Origin: Oopsacas minuta
Lineage: Eukaryota; Animalia; Porifera
Assembly: GCA_024704765.1 (NCBI GenBank)
Contig: JAKMXF010000255.1
Span: forward strand, 248,001-312,000
DNA: 64,000 nucleotides
Reading direction: 5' to 3'
The notes beneath the pieces are model-generated. The model ran no database searches. It saw only the letters and a list, made by a program, of their open reading frames with translations, and had not been told where the DNA came from. Numbering within the stretch: position 1 is the first letter of the stretch; the number at the start of each line of letters is the position of its first letter. A program made the translations under genes and the position numbers. Positions 47,072-56,039 of this stretch are shown here, piece after piece.

Positions 47072-48154
47072 TTATTTAATTGGAAATATCTTCCTCTTCC
47101 ATCTAATAGCATCTCTATGTTTCCGCTTACAATCTCTCATTAACAATGCAGCTTTTTCATGCCATTCTCTATTCAGAGTATCTATATCTTGTTTACGATA
47201 GAACTTTATATCATCTATTCTATTTCTGAATTTGCTATTATTCGTGTGGAAGAAGAAAAAATTTCTAGTTCCAGTTTCTTCTACAACATTTCTAGATTCA
47301 ACATTTCCTAATTCAGATTCGGAATCTTTAGCGAAATGATATTCCGTATCAATCAATTGGCTCACTGTACTAACTTGTATCCGTTCAAAACTGTAAGTTT
47401 GTGAAAGTTTAACTTGCTCTGATTCTTTAATATCAAAATTAAATCTACCTGTTTCAATTTTATCATCACTTTGAGTTTTTCCAAACAGAGAAGCTATTGA
47501 CTTTGTATTTTCGTATTTGTAGTATGTTTGTTTTGATACCTCAGGGATTTCTATTATCTCTGAGGTATTTCTGAGTGATGTATCTACTACATCAGTATTC
47601 TCTCTATCTTCCTTCTGTAATATATATCTCTTATGGCAATCTAGTGTTGGATCAAATCGTATTAGATCAACGATATCTCGAACAGAACGTTTTTGAGCAC
47701 GAATATCTTTACCCAAAATATCACCCAATATTTGCAAATTCTTTTGTTTTTCTACTACAAAAGTATCTAGTTTCTCACCAGTTTCAGACTTTTCACTCAG
47801 AGCCTCAGCAAATCTTTCATCTAGTTGAAACCGATCATCATTTCTAGATTGTTGTTGTAATTTGAATAATTTAGCTCCTGAATAACCTTCAAATTGAGGT
47901 TTATCAGGTAGCTGATACTCTGTATCAGATTCGCTATCATCTTCCCCAAATATATCCTTGTGTTTATTTCCATTCACTTTATTGTCAATATTATCATCAG
48001 AATCTGAATCAAATGTTACATGCTTTGATTCTGGAATAGTCCTCCCTTTCAAAGACTCAGATATTATATTATTGGTTCTCTCCATTCTCTTGACATGATC
48101 CTCCATAGCTTGCAACCTAGCTTCATTAGACTTCCTCTTCCTACTGGATTCCAT
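47072..48154 (-). CDS. NOL8: Nucleolar protein 8-like, C-terminal region only (no RRM seen)
   Basis: SNEARLQAM, QFEGYSGAKLFKLQ, DDRFQLDERF, IRFDPT, FFFFH and LMRDCKRKHRDAIR resemble the NOL8 C-terminal blocks. Confidence 0.7.
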   Translation of the reverse strand: MESSRKRKSNEARLQAMEDHVKRMERTNNIISESLKGRTIPESKHVTFDSDSDDNIDNKVNGNKHKDIFGEDDSESDTEYQLPDKPQFEGYSGAKLFKLQQQSRNDDRFQLDERFAEALSEKSETGEKLDTFVVEKQKNLQILGDILGKDIRAQKRSVRDIVDLIRFDPTLDCHKRYILQKEDRENTDVVDTSLRNTSEIIEIPEVSKQTYYKYENTKSIASLFGKTQSDDKIETGRFNFDIKESEQVKLSQTYSFERIQVSTVSQLIDTEYHFAKDSESELGNVESRNVVEETGTRNFFFFHTNNSKFRNRIDDIKFYRKQDIDTLNREWHEKAALLMRDCKRKHRDAIRWKRKIFPIK

Positions 48155-48241
48155 TGCTATACAGATATGCCAGCTGTAATCCGAATAGGGAATGTATTAT
48201 CATGAATCGGAACTGACAATTTTTAAATGAAATAAGTAGTA

Positions 48242-48374
48242 CAGTTAACTCCCGTTATATCGAAGATTAAAATTGTACAAATATAGTTCCAAACCTTCAA
48301 AGTAACATCTTTCATCGGTTATATCAAAGAAATTATAGCGGTTCCTTGAGCTTCAATATAACGGGAGTTGACTG
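48242..48374. mobile_element. Family A MITE upstream of NOL8
   Basis: TA-CAGTTAACTCCCGTTATATCGAA ... TTCAATATAACGGGAGTTGACTG-TA. Confidence 0.75.
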
Positions 48375-48506
48375 TATGTCTTAAACGAGTTCTAATGTAT
48401 CATATTATTAAGAGAAAATGATAAAATGAATGAATGAATAAGATATAAACTCCAGGATATACATACATGACATGTCAAACGGTGATTTGAAGATATAATC
48501 CCTCAA

Positions 48507-49091
48507 TTATTTCCATAAATTACTATAGTTGCAGAGACAGAGCTTTGTATTAAGAACATCAAGCTTATCTTTAAAACTGTTAATTTGAGTGTATGAGAAT
48601 TCAGAAGGTCCTATAACAGCTTGATTATATAATTCAATAGCTTGTTGAGCTATTACAATATCTGCCTCAGCTTTGAGGCAAGAGCATTCCAACATATGAT
48701 AACTAAGGTATTCAGAAAATTGTGGGTATGGGTATGTAACAGTTTGTACAAAACTCATAGCAAAGTCTGTTCCTAAATCGTATATTTTCATCCTATAGAA
48801 TGTAGAGGATTGGTTCGTAATATCCATCGGGTCTATTGTATCTGCTAATAGTCTGACAGCTGGTTTCATTTTAGGAATTTCTGCAATGTTTGAATTAATA
48901 TTTATAGCAAGGAATTTTGATGCTATCTTCTCAATAGGAATAACACAGGATTTGGAGAAGGAGAATATTCTCGATAGATAGCGAAAGAAAGCAAATAAAC
49001 ATAGAACAATGAAGAACGTAGGATATACTGTAGAGATAATTATTATAGGAAAATTGTCGAAAAATAGAAGCTCTGAAGTAGAAGAATTCAT
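48507..49091 (-). CDS. Orphan ORF with a single predicted TM helix after MNSSTS
   Basis: Open frame of about 194 codons with hydrophobic stretch PIIIISTVYPTFFIVLCLFAFF. Its 5' part is duplicated at 56259-56440 and cut there by the Transib element. Confidence 0.4.
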   Translation of the reverse strand: MNSSTSELLFFDNFPIIIISTVYPTFFIVLCLFAFFRYLSRIFSFSKSCVIPIEKIASKFLAININSNIAEIPKMKPAVRLLADTIDPMDITNQSSTFYRMKIYDLGTDFAMSFVQTVTYPYPQFSEYLSYHMLECSCLKAEADIVIAQQAIELYNQAVIGPSEFSYTQINSFKDKLDVLNTKLCLCNYSNLWK

Positions 49092-49707
49092 AAATAAGAA
49101 CTGAAAATAACTGTGCAAAAATCGGAATAAAATGTATATTAAACAATATATGTGACTCTCTAACAGGAATATCCTGGAACTACGAACATTACGTAATTTA
49201 TGAAATATGCATATGAGCCTAGCAAATTTGAGGGGATGTCAATAAAACCAAAGGCAGCTTATCTCAACTTGTAAAATTGTAAATCGTATTTTCCCCAGTC
49301 TGGCTGATTCGTTGCTTCACAAGTGTTTCCTAATCCTTTTCACCTATGACCCTCCCATATGCAATACAAATTTAGATCCTTGTTGACTCCCTGCTGTGGT
49401 CCGCGCACCACCAAAGGATCTTATCTATGGACCCCAAAATGGGACCGCTGCTGTACAAAATATACGGGAAAGCACCAGTATCTGGTAAAATCGAGCAGTT
49501 AGGAGCATATGACTAATAGTCAAATACAAAGAGTGCAATAATAAAAATGTATAATATCACACATTCCAAACCTCGGTTCGTTGAATAACAATATAACTGA
49601 ATAAGATTCTAGAACAATACTAATTGGACAAGTTTTATTGCTGAAAACTAATGAATGAATTGCAAACACAACAGCAAATTAATATCATTAAAAATCCATA
49701 TATGTAG

Positions 49708-49927
49708 CATGGAGGTACAACGGAATGGGATGAAGCAAGTCAATATGACATACAAGCGAAAGCCCCGAAACGTGCAAAGAAAATGCGGCAATCTGGAGGT
49801 GCAACGGAATGGGAAGAATATTGGGAATATGTGTTCCCAGATGAAGGTACGAAGGCATCTAATCTTCAACGTTCAGAAATGGCTAAAAAGTGGAACAAGG
49901 GAAATGAAGAAGCATTAAGCAATGTTT
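49708..49927 (+). pseudogene. CRNKL1: Inverted copy of the CRNKL1 terminal-exon 3' part, joined tail-to-tail to CRNKL1 copy 1
   Basis: Plus strand translates [45 protein letters not shown]...[13 protein letters not shown]. Confidence 0.88.
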
Positions 49928-49932
49928 AATGA

Positions 49933-52900
49933 TTATTCATTTGCCTTTTTCCACTTTTTAGCCATTTCTAAAAGTTTAAGATTTGATGCGTTCGTGGCTT
50001 CATCTGGAAACACATATTCCCAATATTCTTCCCATTCCATTCCACCTCCAGATTGCCGCATATTCTTTACACATTTCGGAGCTTTCGCCTTGATGTCATA
50101 TTGACTAGCTTCATCACCATGTGTCATCTCAAAAGTCAACCATGAATCATGTAAACTTTTCCTCTCTTCTGGTTGTCGTAGCTCTTTCAGCAGTTTATCT
50201 GCCCTACCAAATATCTAACAAAAGAAGTAATATGAACTTAATTATATTGTTTTGTTCTAAGAAATACAGTAGGTGGTGAATAAGTACTATGGCTAAGAAG
50301 AACAAACATATAAACTAACCGCTCTGGTACTTTCCATTCTTCAATCGACGCTTCAAACCTAGCGTAAGATAACCATACTTTAATGTGTTTAGTTTTATCC
50401 AATAATCTCTCATATAGCGCTCTAACTCTCTCCCAATCCTCAAGCTCTACTTCAAAGTCTATATAAGCCTTCCATAGAATCTCAGGTATATCCATGCTAG
50501 GATACTCTGTAGCTAACTCAAATATAGCACGAGTTCTGTCTACATCTCCTAAACGAGATCATTGGTTAGGAAACTGATTCGGTATACGGCAGTTGACTGC
50601 ATAAGCTTACCTAATATAGATTCTAACTCAGCATACTTTATCCATGTAGTACAATTACTAGGATTAAATTCAAGGAATTTCTCGTATAGAATCCTGGCTC
50701 TACCAAACTCTCTTAATTCCAGTTCCAATTCAATATACCCTCTATATAACTTTGTTTTAGGACACATTCCAATCGCGTTGCCAAGGATTTTCCTTGCCTG
50801 AGTGAGTTCAAGTTGTCTCACTTCAAAGTGACTGTACATTATCCATATTTTAGCAAACGTGAATATTCTGTGTGGAATAGTGCTGAGAGCAGCTTTATAG
50901 ACTTCTCGTGTTCTCTCCATGTCTTTTGCGGCTAGTTCTTCAAACAATGCGTAGTTGATCCATAAGTATATGTATCTACAAATACAAGGATATAATATCA
51001 CAGTCATATCATAGGCGTAGGAGTAGGTCCGGCTAAAAGACGGACCATGACTTTTCTTGTTTTAATTAATGAATTATTACTTTGCACCATTGTATCCAAA
51101 GTAGGGAAATAGTTCTCTAACATTGTTAATGAACACCGAATGACTGTTTTTGGTACGTTTTCAAAACAGGACATGTAATCTAGTGTTTCTACTATGAGAC
51201 TACTTTATATTCTTATTAATTACTTCCAAATGTTTTAACTGTACATTTATTGGACCATACAACCAAGGTTTGTTTCTATTTCTAGCCGGACCACTTTTTG
51301 AAGCAGTGCTACGTCACTGCATATACAAGGGAAACCTCTACAAACAGGGCTCGTGGCAACGAGTGAAAATAAATAGATTGAACTCCTAGCACGATATGAA
51401 CCTCCACAAAAGGGGAATTACGAAGAAACGGGGTTGCATTTTTCGGCGTCCCTGGTACCGTTTGTGAATGTAACACTGTATTAATGTAATTTATACAAAA
51501 CTCAAAATGAATAAATACAGTATGTATTTTTTGGTAATTATAAGAAACAATATAATACTCACCTCCTCCAATATCTCTTCTCCTGAATAGGAGGAATATT
51601 AGCAATTGCCCTTTCATATATTTCCCTCAACAAATCTACATTAAAATCTCCCTCCATCAGTCTAATGTAATTATGCCACAAGTCATAATCCTTTTGAGTT
51701 CAACGCTAGCTGCTCTTCATACTGGAGACGACGCTTACTCGTTATTACGTCATCTATAGCTAGTCTATCTCCGTGCCTCTTCTCGAACTGAGAATAAGCC
51801 TTGAAGAGATCTGTACACTTCTCTTTGCCTAGCTTGTCAATAGCGTATTTATAGATTGTTCTAACCTATATTATAGGAGTAATTAATAAAAGATTTTCTA
51901 CACAACCGACTGGAAACTTTCAAATACATACATTTCATATATGTTCTTACCCGTTCAAATTCTTTCTGTCTCTCCTCGTATTTAGCAAATGCCATATAGA
52001 AACTCTCATCTGTGTGTTCATCTCCAAAGAACTCCATACCTCTTTCATACACATTCCTAGCTGCTGCTAGGTAACCGTTTTCTTCCTCAAACTTAGCATA
52101 CTTTATCCAATATTTGGTTACAGGGTGTACTTGTACGAAACGCTCGTATATCTTCCTTGCTCTCTCTACCTCTTTATATCTAATTTAGAAAAACTTAAAA
52201 GGTACGAATATATTCAGATATTTTTCTTTCAAAATTTTTCCCAGAAGGCCTTGTAAACTCCTGAAACGGTTAGCAACTATGATATACATACCTCATTTCC
52301 ATTTTGATATATGAGAACCATGCCTGCTCCTGAGGCTCCCACTCCATCCATCTCTCAAACACCTGTCTAGCCTTGCCAACCTCTCCCAGCATTTCCTCCA
52401 TGTATGCAAACTTAAACCAGAACTGATCAGCTCGGGGTAATATAGTTACTCCTCTGTTCCATAGATTTCGTGCATGATTTACCTAGAGAGAGAGAGAGAA
52501 TATTAATAATAAAGCAAATACTTAGGAAGGTTAATATTATCCACGTTTCAGCTCACCTGACCATTCTTCATCTCCATTTCTGCATACTTTAGCCATAGTC
52601 CGATATTTCTATGGTCCTCATCCAATGCCCGCTCAAATACAGACTCAGCTCGTTGGATTTCTTTCTGTCCAGCCTCCCACTCTGCATACTTTATCCAGTT
52701 ACTCATAACACCTCTGTTCTTACGGATATTGTCCTCAAATGTTTTACGTTTTCGCATTTTATAATCACGTAACTCTTCTTCATTTCTGATAGGTTGTTTA
52801 GGAGGAGGAGCTCCTTTCTCCAGCTGTCTGTCTGTCACCTCTTGGAGAATTTGCTCTGCAGTTATTTGCATAGCAGCTGGTGTTTTATTCTTAACTCTAG

Positions 52901-52976
52901 CTGCTTTGGGGATACGAGTAGCACCTGGTTTGTCATCTGACCCTCTCTTAGCACCAAATGCAACTGCTTGAGACAT
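49933..52976 (-). pseudogene. CRNKL1: CRNKL1 (crooked neck/Clf1) copy 1, 7 exons, with two frameshifts and a premature stop
   Basis: +1 nt at about 51690 (AAC TCA AAA GGA TTA TGA versus AAC TCA AGG GAT TAT GAC in copy 2), -1 nt at about 50336 (GAAGAATGGAAAG versus GAAGAACTGGAAAA), and GAA>TAA near the end. Confidence 0.8.
51010..51479. mobile_element. Two adjacent MITEs filling CRNKL1 intron 4 (also at about 59165-59648)
   Basis: GGTCCGGCTA...TAGCCGGACC with CATAGGCGTAG / GCTACGYCACTG ends, followed by TACAAGGGAAACCTCTACAAAC...GTTTGTGAATGTAACACTGTA. A relative lies at about 29655-29810. Confidence 0.55.
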
Positions 52977-53073
52977 TATAACCTAATTTTAGTAAAATAG
53001 CATTCGTTTATACTATGTAGGTATTATGGCATATGTACTTATGTAGCATTTTAAACGCATTTCCATCAGATTT

Positions 53074-53208
53074 GTGGTTCCAAACCTAGGGTCCACAGAG
53101 CACGGACCCCTTGGTGGTCAACGGACAAGAACAGGGGGTCCATAGACCATATGATCTCAAAATTTGTATTGCAGTCTATGGGATGGTGAAAAAGGTTGGG
53201 AACCATTG
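53074..53208. mobile_element. hAT-like MITE upstream of CRNKL1 copy 1 (paralog at 61236-61374)
   Basis: GTGGTTCCAAACCTAGGGTCC ... AAAAGGTTGGGAACCATTG. Confidence 0.65.
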
Positions 53209-54543
53209 TATTGGATTATTTGCGCTTATTCTAGAACATGACCTTAGCAAATAATAATAATCATCATTTTACTATATAAGCCAAAGTCTATGGGGATATA
53301 TTGCAATTACTGAATGAAGCCAATTTATACGCTATATGTTGTTTGTATTCACTTTGCTTATGCATACTACTCTCACACGTTCAGCATTTCTATGAGTTTG
53401 GATTTATGTTATTTCCTATGATGTTTTACAAATGAGAGGTCATGAAACCAACTAAACAAAGTTTATGATTACTGAAGCCACTTTTAGAAAACATATGAAG
53501 ACTAATATTATAAATACAACTATTCATATGATTGCAAAGTAGTGTATGATTACCCAACATTGTAATAGGAATGCAACATTTTCAATAGTAAAACAAAGAA
53601 GTAGTATTAATGAAAACAACAAAATGCTATTGTCAGTAATGTGGTTATTTCAAATTAAGATGCCACAAAATTGTGGCATTCCTTCTAGCAATTGTGCTAC
53701 GTCGATGGGCCGACTTGTATATACTAAGTAATTGTTGCACATATAATAATTCTACGTATTGATATTTCAACTCATGGATTTTCAGCCAATACTTGAGCCC
53801 ACTGTCTTCAGTGAAATCCCGCTGGATTTGATTATTGACGACACTATTATCCTTGCACAGTCTTGTGATAATGTCTTAAACAGCTGGTTTCATTTTAGGA
53901 ATTTCTGCAATGTTTGAATTAATATTTATAGCTAGGAACACAGTGGCACGGCATGTGGAAATAGGTCAAAAAATTATAACCTCAAATTGCTTTATAATGT
54001 TGATATTTGAATTCAGCATCCCCACAAACCTCGGAAAACATCTGACATCTCTACAATAGACTTCCCATTTAGCTCCCACGTCTATTCCAATGAAAGCATA
54101 ATTGAAATTCGAAAGATTGATTTATGCTTTCAATTTTCGGTCATGATGCAATTTTGAATAATTTGGGTTCTCCCCGTCAAATAACTGCTATTTATAGTAT
54201 ACCAATCGAAAGCTCTTATGTTGCTGAATAATAAATCGCGTTAATCTTGGCCCCAATGAACAGATGGAATTTACTATTCTCATTTTAAACAAGCTTGTTC
54301 GTACAAGTGCAATAAAGAGAAACACGTTTCATTAAAACTCTAGTACTTTTTTGCCTTCACTTGCGGAACTTTCCTAATAGCTCTTTTCGTCCTCTACAAA
54401 ATACACTTTAAATTACGGTTTCAGGAAGTGTCAACGATATTCTTTTTGCGATTTTAAATGTAATCCATTCACAATTATCTAATTTTTGGCCCATATAAAT
54501 CATAAATAATTGTTGTGGCTGTTTATTAGCACATTTTCATTAT

Positions 54544-54816
54544 GAATAACGAAGAAACGGGGGTGCATTTTTCGGCGTCCATGGTACCGTTTGTGAATGT
54601 AACACTGTATTAATGTAATTTATACAAAACTCAAAATGAATAAATACAGCATGAATTTTGGTAATTATAAGAAACAATATAATACTCACCTCCTCCAATA
54701 TCTCTTCTCCTGAATAGGAGGAATATTAGCAATTACCCTTTCATATATTTCTCTCAACAAATCTACATCAGAACTTCCCTCCATCAGTCTAATGGAGGGA
54801 GAGTCAGATGTAGATT
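54544..54816 (-). pseudogene. CRNKL1: Captured CRNKL1 fragment (3' end of exon 4, its GT donor and part of intron 4) with a terminal fold-back, inside the Transib element
   Basis: Matches 51414-51666, including ACTCACCTCCTCCAATATCTCTTCTCCTGAATAGG; ends in hairpin AATCTACATC..TCCCTCCAT / ATGGAGGGA..GATGTAGATT. Confidence 0.88.
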
Positions 54817-55031
54817 GGTTTAATTACACTGAATTATGACTTGGTGGTAGAAGAATACTTCATTCACTAATTACCAATTACTCTATGCTAGTAACATATA
54901 ACTGAGCACAAAGATAAAATATGTGGTTGTGAAATAACTATAGATTGAGTTATAATAATATAGAAAGCTTCTGACTCATACAGTAAACAGAATATTAACT
55001 GCTTTGTGAAGTTGAAATTCAACGTTCACAA

Positions 55032-56039
55032 TTGGGTGGCAAAATGGCTAAGATTATTAGTGGAGCTGGGGGTGCATGTCCCCAGTTCTGCACAGCGACA
55101 TTCAAACAAATCCATGATCCGGATATCGTGAAAGACGGTTTTCCAATTAATCGATCCATCACAGACCTCAAAGTATTATTTGATGAAGTTAACGAAGAGG
55201 AGTTTCTATCATTATCTTCTGACAACAGATTCAACGTTACGCACAGACCAATATCTGACTTAGAAATCATACCCAGTTCGCCCTTGCATGCATATCTCCG
55301 ATGTTTTGGCTGGTTTTTACATCTAATTAGCCATTTGCACGCAGGAGTATTTAAGTGGTCACCAACTTCTAAGAGAGTCTCAGATGCTAAAACTTTCGTT
55401 ACAAGTTCAATTAAAGACAATCTCAATATTATCATTGACATCCCTTCAACACAAGGTGGCACAACGACTACTGGTAATGTGGTAAGACGATGCTTGATAA
55501 GAAAGGATGACAACGATCAAGATTTCCTCTACTGGGTTTTGACAGTGATCCCGTCTGAGTTCGAGTCCCACATAATTGAAATTCACACATGCCTAGGAGC
55601 AATCCTACGCGTCTATAATAGCAGCAGAAGAGTGGATACAGAAGAACTAGCGCTTGTTTGCAGTAATATCTACCAGTCAATCCTCTGTGCATTTCCTTGG
55701 GCTAATGTTTCCCCGACGTTACACAAACTGTTAACACATGCACCGGAAATCATCTCAACGTTTAATGATGGACATGGGCAAGAGAACTTATCTGAAGAAG
55801 GACTAGAGGCTTCTAACAAATATATTCGGAGATACAGAGATCGTCTTGCTCGCAAGTTTTCATTTGAAGAAAATTTAAAGGATGTATTTGTCCGATTGAT
55901 TTCTCACAGTGATCCCATGCTGTTAATGAATCGCAAGTTTTCTATTTCAAGGCGTCCATCTAGCCAAGGACGTAGAAGTGGCCAAGATATTTTAGTCAAC
56001 ACCCTTATTCGTGATCATGAAGATCATAATGATGATTAA
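55032..56039 (+). CDS. Transib/RAG1-core-like DDE transposase, C-terminal half (5'-truncated)
   Basis: GKMAKIISGAGGACPQFCTAT (RAG1 DEKLVREVEG...CTLCDAT), SPLHAYLR, TTGNVVRR (NGNFARK), PTLHKLLTHAPEII (FHKTLAHVPEII), LSEEGLEASNKYIRRYR (ASEGNESGNKLFRRFR) and RKFS..DVFVRLISHSDP. Confidence 0.88.
   Translation: MGGKMAKIISGAGGACPQFCTATFKQIHDPDIVKDGFPINRSITDLKVLFDEVNEEEFLSLSSDNRFNVTHRPISDLEIIPSSPLHAYLRCFGWFLHLISHLHAGVFKWSPTSKRVSDAKTFVTSSIKDNLNIIIDIPSTQGGTTTTGNVVRRCLIRKDDNDQDFLYWVLTVIPSEFESHIIEIHTCLGAILRVYNSSRRVDTEELALVCSNIYQSILCAFPWANVSPTLHKLLTHAPEIISTFNDGHGQENLSEEGLEASNKYIRRYRDRLARKFSFEENLKDVFVRLISHSDPMLLMNRKFSISRRPSSQGRRSGQDILVNTLIRDHEDHNDD

Larger units (their letters stand above)
48856..53267. 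repeat. Tandem segmental duplication, copy 1
   Basis: Near-identical to 53880-61431 from ACAGCTGGTTTCATTTTAGG to TTAGCAAATAATAATCATCAT, including introns and MITEs. Confidence 0.92.

Noticed and set aside
49655-49918. 87-aa plus-strand ORF as a new gene
   Set aside because: It is an alternative frame of the inverted CRNKL1 exon fragment.
50300-51700. Programmed or compensating frameshifts rescuing CRNKL1 copy 1
   Set aside because: The +1 change gives an immediate TGA and the -1 change is two exons later; no slippery site or pseudoknot is seen.
53546-53879. Possible coding fragment in the spacer between the duplicons (minus strand DFTEDSGLKYWLKIHELKY)
   Set aside because: No start, splice context or recognisable family; insufficient to call.
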